From Squalus acanthias (taxonomy: Eukaryota): a stretch of DNA of 64,000 bases. Position numbers and translations under genes: made by a program. Shown here piece after piece: positions 50,901 to 63,609 of this stretch (positions are counted from its first letter, which is position 1; each line of letters opens with the position of its first letter). The notes under the pieces were generated by a model. The model was not told the DNA's origin, did not search any database, and saw nothing but the letters and a program-made list of their open reading frames with translations. The stretch lies in assembly GCA_030390025.1 (NCBI GenBank), contig CM059432.1:132620001-132684000 (forward strand), in the 5' to 3' direction.

Positions 50901-53460
50901 CCAATATCCAGATCATTTATATATATATAAATCAAAAAAAGCAGTGGCCCCAGCACTGACCCTTGGGGAACACCACTGTCTACCATCCTCCAGTCTGAAA
51001 AGCAGCCATTTACCACAACTCGCTGTTTTCTGTCCTGAAGCCAATTCCTTATCTAAGCTGCCACTGACCTACCTATTCCATGAGCCTCAATTTTGTTAAC
51101 CAGCCTTCTATGTGGTACTTTGTCAAACGCCTTCCTAAAATCCATGTAGACAGCATCCATTGCATTCCCTTCATCAATCCTCCCTGTTACTTCATCAAAA
51201 AATTCAATTAGATTAGTCAAACACGATCTGCCTTTTACAAAGCCGTGTTGGCTCTCCTTAATTAGCTTAAACCCCTCCAAATGCCTGTTAATTTTTTTCT
51301 TGATTATTGTTTCTAAAACTTTACCCACCACTGATGTTAAACTGACCAGCCTGTAGTTACTAGGATTGTCCTTACACCCTTCTGAACAATGGTGTCACAT
51401 TTGCCACTTGCCAATCCTCAGACCCCTCCCCCTCATCTAGGGAAGATTGGAAAATTATGGCAAGCCCTTCCGCTATCTCCTCCCCCAATTCCCTTAGCAA
51501 CCTGGGATGCAAGCCATCTGGACCAGGCGACTTGTCCACTCTAAGCATACCCAGCCTTTTTAGTACATCCGGTCTATCAATTTTCACCCCTTCCATTGCT
51601 TCTACCTTTTCCATTTCTACCGATATTTTGTCAGCATCCACCTCCTTAGTAAACACCGATACAAAGTACTCATTGAGTATTCTAGCCTTGCCCTGCGCCT
51701 CTAAGCATATATCACCTTCTTTGTCTCTAATAGGCCCCACCCCGCTTACTGTTTACATGCCGGTAGAAGATTTTTGGGTTCCCTTTTATGTTAACCGCCA
51801 TTCTACTCTCATATTCTCTCTTTGCCAATCTTATTTTCATCTTCACATCCCCTCTCAACTTATTGTATTTGGTCTGGTTCTCCCTTGAAGAATTCACCTG
51901 ACATGCATCATACACCCTCTTTTTTTTGTTTCATCATCTTCTCTATCTCCCTCGTCATCCAAGAAGCCCTTGCTTTGGTTCCCTTACCCTTCCCTCTTGT
52001 TGGTATGTACCTAGCCTGTACTTGGAACATCTCCTCCTTAAAGATCACCCATTGTTCCGTTACAGTTTTTCCTGTCAGTCTTTGGTTCCATTTTACCCTG
52101 GCTAGATCCTATCTCATCCCATTGAAGTTAGCCCTATTCCAGTTTAGAAGTTCTACTCTAGATTGTTCCTTGCTCCTCTTCATAGCTAATCTAAATCTTA
52201 TTATACAATGATCACTCGTAGCCAAGTGTTCTCCCACAGACATTTGGTCGACCTGGCCCACCTCATTCCCCTGCACCAGATCCAGCAATGCCTCCTTCCT
52301 AGTTGGGCCAAGAACATATTGGTCAAGGAAATTCTCCTGAACACATTTCAGAAATTCCTCCCCCTCCTTTCCCTTTACCCCCAATAGCGTGATCATACCC
52401 TTTTGCTCCTCAACTCTAACCAAATGGATTCTGTTCTTGTCCCCTCAAGAACATCCTCCCTTTCCAACACTACAATGTCTTCCTTAATCAGCACTGCCAC
52501 CCCACCACCCTGTTTTTCTTCCCTATCTTTTCAGAACACCTTGTACCCTTGACTATTAAGTGCCCAGTCCTCACCGTTTTTAAGCCACGTTTCTGTTATT
52601 GCCACAACATCATATTGCCACACAGCTAATTGTGCTTGTAGCTCACCAACCTTATTCACCACACTTTTTGCGTTTACGTACATACATTCTAAATCCATTT
52701 TTGAATTTTTCGTAGTCTTTCTTAGTCTGCTCCTATCAATTATGGTACTACTACCGCCTCTAGTACTATCTTCTCTAGTACTATCCAACACACTCACTCT
52801 TTTATGCACCTTATTCCTCTTTTCTACTCCTATATGCTGGTGCCCATCCCCCAGCCAAGCTAGTTTAAACCCTCCCCAACAGCACTAACAAACCTCCCCG
52901 CGAGAATATTGGTCGCGGCTCTGTTGAGGTGTTACCCATCCGGCTTGTACAGGTCCCACCTTCCCCAGAAACGGTCCTAATGCCTCAGGAATCTAAAGCC
53001 CTCCCTCCTGCACCATCTCTCCAGCCACGCATTCATCTGTTCTATCCTCCTATTCCTGGACTCACTAGCACGTGGCACCGGGAGTAATCCGGAGATTACT
53101 ACCTTTGAAGTCCTGCTTTTTAATCTCTCTCCTAGCTCTCTAAACTCTGCCTGCAGGACCTCATCCCTCTTTCTGCCTATGTCGTTGGTACTGATATGGA
53201 CAATGACCTCTGGCTGTTCACCCTCCCCCCTCAGAGTGTCCTGCAGCCGCTTGGCACCAGGGAGGCAACATACCATCCTGGAATCACGTCTACGGCCGCA
53301 GAAACGCCTGTCTGTTCCCCTAACTATCGAATCCCCTACCACTATTGCTCTTCCACTCTTTTTCCTCCCCCCCTGTGCGGCTGAGCCACCCGTGGTGCCG
53401 TGGACTTGACTCTGGCTGCTCTCCCCAGAGGAACCATAACCCTCACCAGTACTCAGAACA
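47958..53460 (-). mobile_element. Near full-length CR1 LINE (ORF1 esterase, EN, RT), split by an inner CR1
   Basis: ORF1 SGNH-like GDSIVRG..CLPGA..TNDIG (within 52977-53549); [39 protein letters not shown] (50331) continues as IEVYKIM (~48320). Confidence 0.9.
48321..50330 (-). mobile_element. Inner 5'-truncated CR1/HER1 LINE
   Basis: ORFs 48411-49283, 49525-49842 and 49843-50067; (TTCTTATG)n tail at 48321-48336. Confidence 0.92.
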
Positions 53461-53809
53461 GATAACTGGAGAGCAGTTGTTATGTGTGAAGTGTTTGAGG
53501 TGGAGTCAGAAACAAATATAACACACACTGAAGTCAAATAATAAGACATATGGAATAGTCAGGCCATCTTTATTTCCACACATTTGGTTCTCACTAACTG
53601 CATTAGAGTTTGACTTGTGACTCTTATTGAATTCAATTTTTTTGGTTGCCCATTTGCTATCTATAAATACAAAAGTTTTGCATGTAGCACATGTTTTGTT
53701 CGTCCTACTTTGACTGTCACAGTTCTGTACGTGTAAATATTCCATTATAGTCGCACCTGATTTGCTGAAATTTCATAATATAGCAGGAAATCACAACTGA
53801 AGAGGTCAG

Positions 53810-54030
53810 AAAGAAAGAAGCGAGAACTTGCATTTTTATAGCACCTTTGATGACCTCAGGATGTCCAAAATGCTTTACGGCCAATGAAGTACTTTTTGAA
53901 GTACAATCACTGTTGTAATGTAGGAAACGCTGGCAGCCAATTTGCGCACAGCAAGGTTCCAAAAACAGCAATGAGATAATGACCAGATAATCTGTTTTAC
54001 TGATATTGGTTGAGGATAAATCTTGGCCAG
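53810..54030 (-). mobile_element. Deu-SINE 3' fragment
   Basis: Reverse complement of ~40670-40882. Confidence 0.8.
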
Positions 54031-54969
54031 GACAGTGTAGGATTGGAGTGTTTGCGAGATATGTGAGTTGGTAGTATTGGGAGTGAAGTCCTGTGGTTTG
54101 GAAATGGGGTTCATGGGGTCTGTGAGTATTGGGTGTGAGTATTGGGTGGTCAGAGAACCAAGAGGTGGGGATGCGGGATGTGGGAGGATTATGAGGAATG
54201 ATTGCAGTGCTTGGGAGCATTGGGAAGGGAATACTGATGTGTTACAAATTTCTGGTCCGCACTATTCTCTTGGATTCAACGTCACCAATTTCTTCCCCAA
54301 AGCAGATCCCGCACACCTCACAATCAGGAGTTTACCTTTACCACCCAATATCTAGTTATACAATAGTGTGACCTGGGGTTGTAACAATAAAACATCATCG
54401 TGTTATGTGTACTAGATATTGTTATCTTGCATATGCCCCCTTGTGGGCATCTCCTGTCTTCTGAAAAGTGAACTGATAAACACTCTACAATTATAAATCG
54501 ACAATCCTGAATATGACTTCAAATCAAAACTTTTTCCACTTAAACAGAAAATCTCTTCTGGGCCAAATAATCCTGAAATGCAACTCAGAGTTTTGTAGGC
54601 AGGAAAGGGCTATTGGGATATGAAAGAACTGTGGGGAGTCCAAGGTGTGGGAGAAATAGACAGGGATCCTGGAGCATTGGGTGAGGGGTGGTGGGTTGTG
54701 TAGTATTTGGGGTTGGAGGGTTACCGGGTGTGGAAGTACTGAGAGGGGGTTGTGGGCTGCCGCAGGAAAACATGCAATTATCAGATCTTCTCGGGGGAAG
54801 GTTGGCAGTGGGGAGAAAAGGATCTGTGCTCGGAGTGTGGGAGGGTTAGCACAGTGAGGGAGTGGAGAAGTGAGAAATGTTCGGGTGCTCAGGGCGGGGC
54901 ATTTCAGCCACAGTAGGCGGGGTTGGCAGAGGCGAGGAGGTGCCCATCCTGGCTGGGGATGTTGATTTC

Positions 54970-55210
54970 TTAAAAGGATTTCCTGAGTGATGGGGGTGCA
55001 GTGAATTGAGCAGTGGATGAGGCTAGTGGTGCAGTTGGTAGGATATGGCATTTGAAGATGCACTCACTGACCTTGACAACTCGTGTGAGATCATTAAACT
55101 TCTTCTTGCACTGCATCCAGGTCCTCAGGGATATACACCTGGCATTGACCTCCGCCATTATCTCTTCCCACTGCCTTCTGAGCCTGTGTCTAGAGGGACT
55201 CCGTCCGTGA
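54970..55210 (-). pseudogene. Harbinger-type Myb/SANT-like ORF relic
   Basis: W..I.AEVNARCISLRTWMQCKKKFNDLTR, the end of a Myb/SANT-like trihelix. Confidence 0.7.
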
Positions 55211-56014
55211 TTTAGGAGAAACTATTATTGAAAAGACATTGAGTACCACTGTGCATTTATTTGAAAAAATACTGAAGCCTTTCTATAACTTTCCCACATA
55301 GCCCAGGATCACTCCTCAGTGTTATCAAATGTCAAGGCTCTTCCTCCTGTGCTGCTAAACCTTAGGAACCCATTCTGTGTTGCAACATCTTAAGTTCCCA
55401 CCACACCAAACCAAACTTCGGACCCCCCACTTCAGTTCTGCCAAAACCAGGAACATCCTCCTAATGCTTCTACATGCCAATACCTAATTCCATCCTGGTA
55501 CATCTTGTCTAACATTTTGCTGTGTATCCTGGGCTTTAAAAAGGCTAAGTGATAAAAAATAATTCAGCACGTAGGTAAAGGAACATGTAAAATAATCAGG
55601 GCCACTGATTTAAAATTTTCAAGGAGAAATGGACTGAATCAGGGTATTTAATCCCCAATCCAAGACTAGCATGTTACAAAAATGCAATTTCACTTAGTCA
55701 GTTGCCGTAATAATTGCTAATAATATATCATATGTTACAAGTCATAACATTCATAGGAAGTGTGTTACATTAAGCATTACAGAAAAACTGTACAGGAAGT
55801 GTGTCTCAGGAAATGTGTGACAGGGGTCCTAGTGTGCAGAAGCACTGGTGACGGAGGTTGGAGAGTCTGGGGGTGGGGGGATTGAGGAGATGTGTATTTG
55901 GGCCTGGGAGTATTGGAGGGTGACACCAAAGTAAGAGTGAACTTTAGTTGGCATTCATTGTAAGGCTATCTACTAAAAGTTTTTGAAGTATGGGTGCTTT
56001 TACCTTGCCAATTT

Positions 56015-56230
56015 TCACAAGTATATAACATTCTGCTTCCCTGACCTATGGATGTGGGAGACTGCATTGACTTGGTCTGCCACCTCCGTCCAGTCATTTT
56101 GAATTAGGTTCTTAATTGGCGCGTGCCCATCAACTTCAAAGAGGGCAGTCCTCCTTTGCGGTGCCTCCTCGAGTAAAACCTCCAGAGCTGCGCCCTCAAA
56201 AGGAGCAGACCTGCCCCTCTTCCTCTTCAC
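56015..56230 (-). pseudogene. Harbinger-type Myb/SANT-like ORF relic
   Basis: RSAPFEGAALEVLLEE..QRRTALF..WTEVADQVNAVS..RSGKQ. Confidence 0.7.
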
Positions 56231-57452
56231 TGCTGTACTGAAGTGCTATCAGGAAACTCAAAATTGGAAACTGTGCAGCTCAGCTTCAATTGTGCCCAGC
56301 TGCCTTTAAAGAGCTGCCGACTCACGGGATATTCCATCTGGCGACACCAAGCATGTTCCCTGTGCATCAACCAATCTGTGCAAGGACGTATGGAAATTAT
56401 TAAAATGAGCTAACCTTGCAAAATGACACAGTCAGCTCTTGTCGCTGTTTGTGCCCCATGCACGCATTGCCCAGAGGTCTTGCTGCCACTGCAATAGGAA
56501 TGCATAATTAATATTAATAACAACTATATCCTTGTATTGCACTTTTTGGTCATGTCCATATGAAATTCCTCTGCTATTTCTTTAAAGAAAGAATGTCTTT
56601 GTTATGGGAACTTTGCACGAACATGTTATATTTATTATTAATATAGCATATGTTTTCAAAAAGAAATTTGCGACAGGAAAATTATCTACTTCTGGTGGTG
56701 AAGGTAATTATTTCCATTTATTGCAGGTGAATTTTGACTGGGTGTCCTCTTTGTCTGTTGGGTGAAAAGTTCATTTACCGGTGGAATATTTTACGTCGTA
56801 TTGCTGGACATTACCCGACCGTTCCATCAATCTGAATGATCCCACCCTCTGTGTTTAAAAATACGTAACTATTAGCAAACAAGTAAACTTAGTTGTACGC
56901 TAACTGCACCTGAAAATTAGGCATAATGCATTAAGATAGCAAATTATGACATATGCAAAATAAAGATAAAATGGTTTTAAGAACAAAAGACTTCAGGGTT
57001 TTATCAGTTTAATTTCAATAAAATTTGACTTTTCAGAAGGTTGGCAGTTAAATTATGACATTACTGTAACTGGCTTGTCAGTAATCATTCGCTGTCTGTC
57101 ACAAAAGCTTGCAACTTTTACTATAAAATTACATATAGTTTAATAATATCCTTACAATACTTTTAAACAAGCTTCTCAAGTCAAAGGGGTTATCCGTCTT
57201 GTAAATCCATTATTCCGTTGTACATCTTGATAGCATAGGATTGCTCCTAGCCATGTTTAACCATTAAATAGTGTATTATTATTTCACATAAATCAAATCG
57301 AGATGTGTGAATTCATAAATTTTGCATCTGCACAGCCTGTATTTTAAACTTCTGGCCACTAAATGTTCACTTCTTAGGAAATACTGGATATACAATTCAG
57401 GATGGAGCGACAAAAATAGTAATTGTAATTTACGAAAACCTTGTAACTCTTT

Positions 57453-58349
57453 GGGGGAAAAATTCAGTTGGTTGCGCCTCCCGTTAGCGCCTTAAGAGGG
57501 CGCTAATGGGGCACAAAGCAACTAGCGCACGGGCGCGGCGATGTTTGCACCGCTCGCGAAATTAACTAGACATTTTGCGGCGGCGCTAAACACTACCACC
57601 ACAATCTCCTGCGCCGGCAGATCGTGACGTCAGTCGAGTGCGCAACGCCCCGGTAGCGCCCCAGACCGGATATTGAGTGGCGCCCCCTGCCTTACCGCCT
57701 GCTGCTAGCAACGACATGTTGAGGGGAGCGTTTTGCAGTCAGGAAGGGACTGGGGAAGCGCTATTTAAAGGCGACCTGCTTCCTGCCTTTTTTTGTTGGT
57801 GACATTTTTGCACCACGCATTCTGAGAGAGAGAGTGAGAGAGACTTCTGGAGAGATTCAACGCTGTGTGAAGGAGTTTTGGGTACTGAGCAGCACTTTGC
57901 AGGTTCATTTTGATTTCCCCTTCCTTGTATCGATTTAGAAGAGACTGTGAGGGCTGCACTCTGAGCTCTTTCCCTGGGCCTCTCCATTGTTCTTTCCAGC
58001 AGATTTTGATGTACAGGTCTCTCCAGGCCGAGATTCAAGGCTGCAATGAGCAGGATGTGGATGGAGAGCAAGAACAACCCTCCCCTTTAAGAACTGGCTG
58101 GCGCCATTGTGTCTGTGTTCCATTGCTGACTGACATCACATGAGCTTCGCCAGCGCTCTGAGGTAGCGCCTCGCTCCTCGGCCTTTGCGCCTTAAGACAG
58201 TTGTGTAGCGCCTGATTTAGCGCTCCAATCACCTCCAGGGGCGATAAAAGCCAAGTTTGCAGTCGGAGGCGATAATTAGCACCAGGCGCTAATCTTTGTG
58301 CCCGGCTGATAATTGCGCCCCAAATGGGGCGATACTGAATTTCTCCCCC
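57453..58349 (-). mobile_element. PIF/Harbinger MITE (copy B, inverted relative to 23003-23881)
   Basis: Same TIR; end-to-end similarity with copy A; flanks TTT/AAA do not form a TSD. Confidence 0.9.
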
Positions 58350-60829
58350 AAATATTTAATTAATAAAACTGGGGGGAAAAGTGAGATTCTGAAAACCTTA
58401 TCGGGGGAAAAATAAAGCTCAACTCATCTAACGCACGGAATTCTGCAGGACCCATGTATGCGACATGAAGGATTTTACAATTTGTGAAAATAGAAGAGTT
58501 CCCACTAGAGTTTGTGAGAGTAAAACTTGAGTGCCCGTGGGTGCTGCAGGTGTCATGGAACAGGGGCATCCAACGATTGGGAGGGTTAATAGGGGAAAAG
58601 GCCATTTTCTGCTAATCTCCACAGGTTGTCTCAGAGAATTGTTTGGAAAAAACAACATTGAATATACAGTTAATCGTTTCAGATAGGGCAATCCCTTTAC
58701 AAGGTGCCCGGACTAATCTGCTAGGATAATAAGAACCATGCTCTGAGCGCCTTAACACGAACCTTATATCCACCAACTGGAAGTGCTGACCGCTAACTAT
58801 GTGAATACCACACGACACATCCCCTACGTTATAGGGGGAATGGAGATTTTCTATTTCGTCAGTGAAAAAATTAACTAGATAAAAGCAAGGAAATGTATGA
58901 TGCAGATTGGGTGGAGAAGATCTGGAAGAGACAGAAGTCCTGAAGGTGTTAGAGGATGTCATTTTAATTTGCAATTGCAACTTTGCAAACACTGAAAGGA
59001 AGGGAAAGAATCTAGTTCATGGGTGTATTATCATGCCAGCCCATCAACCTGTTTCCATATACCCTATAAGAATGCTGCGAAATAACACATACAGCAGTAA
59101 GTTTTTTTATTCGTTCTAGGATGTGGGCGTCGCTGGCAAGGCCAGCATTTATTGCCCATCCCTAATTGCCCTTGAGAAGGTGGTGGTGAGCTGCCTTCTT
59201 GTACCGCTGCAGTCCGTGAGGTGAAGGTACTCCCACAGTGCTGTTAGGTAGGGAGTTCCAGGATTTTGACCCAGCGACAATGAAGGAACGGCGATATACT
59301 TCTAAGTCAGGATGGTGTGTATGTTGGAGGGGAACTTGGAGGTGGTGGTGTTCCCATGTGCCTGCTGCACTTGTCCTTCTAGGTGGTAGAGGTTGCGGGT
59401 TTAGGAGGTGCTGTCAAATAAGCCTTGGCAAGTTGCTGCAGTGCATCTTGTAGATGGTACACACTGCAGCCACGGTACACCGGTGGTGGAGGGAGTGAAT
59501 GCTGAAGGTGGTGGATGGGGTGCCAATCAAGCGGGCAGCTTTGTCCTGGATGGTGTCGAGCTTCTTGAGTGTTGTTGGAGCTGTACTCATCCAGGCAAGT
59601 GAAGAGTATACCATCACACTCCTGACTTGTGCCTTGTAGATGGTGGAAAGGCTTTGGAGAGTCAAGAGGTGAGACACTCGCTAAAGAATACCCAGCCTCT
59701 GACCTGCTCTTATTGCCACAGTATTTATGTGGCTGGTCCAGTTAAGTTTCTGGTCATTGGTGACCCCCAGGATGTTGATGGTGGGGTATTCGGCGATAGT
59801 AATGCATTTGAATGTCAAGGGGAGGTGCTTAGACGCTCTCTTGTTGGAGATAGTCATTGCCTGGCACTTGTGTGGCACGAATGTTACTTGCCACTTATCA
59901 GCCCAAACCTGAATGTTGTCCAGGTCTTGCTACATCCAGGCACGGACTGCTTCATTATCTGAGGACTTGTGAATGGAACTGAACACCGTGCAATCATCAA
60001 TGAACATCCCCACTTCTGACCTTATGATGAAGGGAAGGTCATTGATGAAGCAGCTGAAGATGGTTGGGCCCAGGACACTGGTCTGAGGAACTCCTGCAGC
60101 GATGTCCTGGGGCTGAGATGATTGACCTCCAACAACCACAACCATCTTCCTTTGTGCTAGGTATGACTCCAGCCAGTAGAGAGTTTTCCCCCTGATTCCC
60201 AGTCACTTCAATTTTACTAGGGCTCCTTGATGCCACACTCGGTCAAATGTTGCCTTGATGTCAAGGGCTGACACTCTCACCTCACCTTTGGAATTCAGCT
60301 CTTTTGTCCATGTTTGGACCAAGACTGTAATGAGGTCTGGAGCTGAGTGGTCCTGGCGGAACCCAAACTGAGCATCGGTGAGCAGGTTATTGGTGAGTAA
60401 GTGTCACTTGATAGCACTGTCAATGACACCTTCCATCACTTTGCTGATGAGTGAGAGTAGACTGATGTGGCGGTAATTGGCCAGATTGGAATTGTCCTGC
60501 TTTTTGTGGACAGGACATACCTGGGCAGTTTTACACATTGCCGGGTAGATGCCAGCATTGCAGCTGTACTGGAACAGCTTGGCTAGAGGCGCAGCTAGTT
60601 CTGGAGCACAAGTCTTCAGCACTACAGCCGGGATGTTGTCGGGGCCCATAGCCTTTGCTATATCCAGTGTGCTCACCCGTTTCTTGATATCACGTGGAGT
60701 GATTCGAATTGGCTGAAGACTGACTTCTGTGATGGTGGGGACCTCAGGAGGAGGCCAAGATGGATCAACCACTCGGCACTTCTGGCTGATGGTTGCGAAT
60801 GCTTCAGCCTTGTCTTTTGCACTCAGTTG

Positions 60830-61180
60830 GTGGTATATAGCATTTGTTGAAGCCTTCACTCACCCTGACCACCCGTGTGAGGTCATTAATCTTCTTCCTG
60901 CACTCAGTTGGGTCCTGGGGACTACAGTGCTGCCCGTGACATGGTGTGCTACCTCCCTCCACATAGTGCAGCAGACTTGTGGCGAAGGCCTCCTGCCAAT
61001 TGGCGGGCACAGGACCGCCCGCCTTCTCTCCACCGCAAAAACCAATGCCTCCAGAGCTTCGTCGGAGAACCTCTGAGCTTTCTCCCTGGGGTGATGATCT
61101 GCCATCAGGATTTGCAGCTGCTCACCCAACAATCCTGACAATGAGGTGCTGCAGCATCAATGATCCTCCCCTTTAAGTAG
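60830..61180 (-). pseudogene. Harbinger-type Myb/SANT-like ORF relic with frameshift
   Basis: PREKAQRFSDEALEALVFAVERRRAVL..WREVA..RT / ECRKKINDLTR; upstream CTTAAAGGGG. Confidence 0.8.
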
Positions 61181-61324
61181 TGAAAAAAGCCTGTGGCAAT
61201 CATTACTTGCAATTAGACTGCCCCCGATATTAGTCCAGCTTTTCAGTGTAATGCCAATGAGCTTGAGTTTTTAGACTAGAATCATGACTACGATCATTTT
61301 AATGAGGAGTGAGCATGAATTTTG

Positions 61325-62110
61325 CATGTGGCACCAGGAGTAATCCGGAGATTACTACCTTTGAGGTCTTGATTATTAATCTCTTTCCTAGCTCCCTAAA
61401 ATCTGCCTACAGGACCTCATCTCTCTTTCTGCCTATGTCATTGGTACCGATATGGACCACGACCTCTTGCTGTTCACCCTTCCCCCCTCAGAATGTCCTG
61501 CAGCCGCTCAGTGACATCCTTAACCCTGGCACCAAGGAGGCAACATACCATCCTGGAATCACATCTGTGGCTGCAGAAATGCCTGTCTGTTCCCCTAACT
61601 ATTGAATTCCCCCATCACTATTGCTTTTCTGACCTTCCTCCTCCCCCCTGTACAGCTGAGCCACCCATGGTGCCATGGACTTGACTCTGGCTGCACTCCC
61701 CAGTCCTCAGAACAGAATACTGGTTGGAGAGCGCGATGCACTCCGGGGACTCCTGCACTACCTGCCTGGTCTTCCTTGTTTGTCTGACAGTCACCCATTC
61801 CCTCTCTGCCTGCAAACTCTTAAGCTGAGGGGTGACCACCTCCTGAAATGTGCTATCCACGTAGCTCTCAGCCTCGCGGATGCACTGCAGTGACGCCAGC
61901 TGCTGCACCAGCTCTGAAACCCGGAGCTCGCGCTCCTCCAGCTAACAACCTGCACATGTGGTTATCCAGGACACGAGAAGCATCCTGGTTTTCCCACATG
62001 GCAGAGGATGTGCATTCAATGGGATTGCGGGGCCCTGCCATGCCGTTATTTATTAGACGAATAACTGAACTTCTTATTTTAACCACTGTCCTAACTTAGA
62101 AAGAATAAAG
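61325..62110 (-). mobile_element. CR1 5' fragment (ORF1)
   Basis: Homologous to ~53070-53460; ORF1 N-terminus (IEC..CAMWE-like, EWVTVR, LSNQYSVL). Confidence 0.8.
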
Positions 62111-62183
62111 ACAAAATTATTTACTCAAGTTTAACAAGAACCACTGAGATACTAAACACAAAGAACTAGGTTAAGTATGTAGA

Positions 62184-62517
62184 CCCCGTGTCTGCGTGGG
62201 TTTCCTCCGGGTGCTCCGGTTTCCTCCCACAGTCCAAAAATGTGCGGGTTAGGTTGATTTGGCTATGATAAAATTGACCCTTAGTGTTAGGGGGGGATTA
62301 AATATGTGGGGTTATGGGGATAGGATGGGATATGTTAGGGGGAATTAAATACGTGGGGTTACGGGGGTAGGGTGGGATATGTGTACTGTGGGGATTAAAG
62401 CAGGGACAGGGTACTGGATTTGAATGATCAGCCATGATCGTATTGAATGGCGGAGCAGGCTCGACGGGCCGAATGGCCTACTCCTGCTCCTAGATTCTAT
62501 GTTTCTGTGTTTCTATG
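62184..62517 (+). mobile_element. HE1-type V-SINE (V domain + HER1 tail)
   Basis: V domain CCCGTGTCTGCGTGGGTTTCCTCCGGGTGCTCCGGTTTCCTCCCACAGTCCAAA; tail GAATGGCCTACTCCTGCTCC..(TTCTATGT)n. Confidence 0.9.
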
Positions 62518-62902
62518 TTAACTTAGAGTCCTCGGGTTCTGTATCTCCACTCCTCCTTTGAGTTGGATGTGAGAAACCGCCTGCCCCCTCTCCACCGACT
62601 TCCTACTGTCACCAAATTCTTCCACTTTGCTTCCAATCCACTCTGATTGCGATTCATGAAAGACATTGAAATCCCCCACCCAGAGTACATTCTGTGCCAT
62701 TGCTACCCTCAGTGCTTCTTCCAAGTAGTGTTCAACATGGAAGAGTACTGATTCATCAGCTGAGGGCGGTAGGTGATAATCAGCAGGTTTCCTTGCCACG
62801 TTTGACCTGATGTCATGAGACTTCATGGGGTCTGGAGTCAATGTTGAGGACTCCCAGGGTCACTCCCTCCCTACTGTGCCACCTCCTCTGGTGGGTCTGT
62901 CC

Positions 62903-63166
62903 TAGGTTGATTTGGCTATGATAAATTGACCCTTAGTGTTAGGGGGGGATTAAATATGTGGGGTTATGGGGATAGGATGGGATATGTTAGGGGGAATTAA
63001 ATACGTGGGGTTACGGGGGTCGGGTGGGATATGTGTACTGTGGGGATTAAAGCAGGGACAGGGTACTGGATTTGAATGATCAGCCATGATCGTATTGAAT
63101 GGTGGTGCAGGCTCGACGGGCCGAATGGCCTACTCCTGCTCCTAGATTCTATGTTTCTATGTTTCT
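62903..63166 (+). mobile_element. HE1-type V-SINE, 5'-truncated
   Basis: Near-identical to 62250-62517; inserted in the family-B LINE. Confidence 0.9.
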
Positions 63167-63609
63167 ACCGATGGGACAGGACCTACCCAGGGATGGAGGA
63201 GCCTGGGATTTTGGCTGAAAGGTATGATTCTGTGAGTATGACTTTATCAGGCTGTTGCTTGACTAGTCTTGGGACAGCTCTCCCAATTTTGGCACAAATC
63301 CCCAGATGTTACTGAGGAGGACTTGGCAGGGTCGACTGGGCAGGGTCGACTTTGTCATGTCCAGTGCCTAGGTCAATGCCGGGTGGTCCGTCCTGTTTTA
63401 TTCTCAGTATACTTCTTTGTAGTGGTTTGGTACAACTGAGTGGCTTGCTAGGCCATTTGAGAGGGCAGTTAAGAGTCAACCACATTGCTGTGTGTCTGGA
63501 GTCACATATAGGCCAGACCAGGTAAGGATGGCAGATTTCCTTCCCTAAAGGACATTAGTGAACCAGATGGGTTTTTCTGACAATCCGGTAGTCACCATTA
63601 CTGATACTA

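Noticed and set aside
52977..53549. Host GDSL/SGNH esterase gene
   Set aside because: It lies directly upstream of CR1 ORF2 and is repeated at 61325-61700. It is the known CR1 ORF1 esterase.
23003..58349. One giant composite transposon or a past inversion bounded by MITE copies A and B
   Set aside because: Copy A has its own matching TAT TSD and the outer flanks (TAT vs AAA) do not match. Independent insertions are the simpler explanation.
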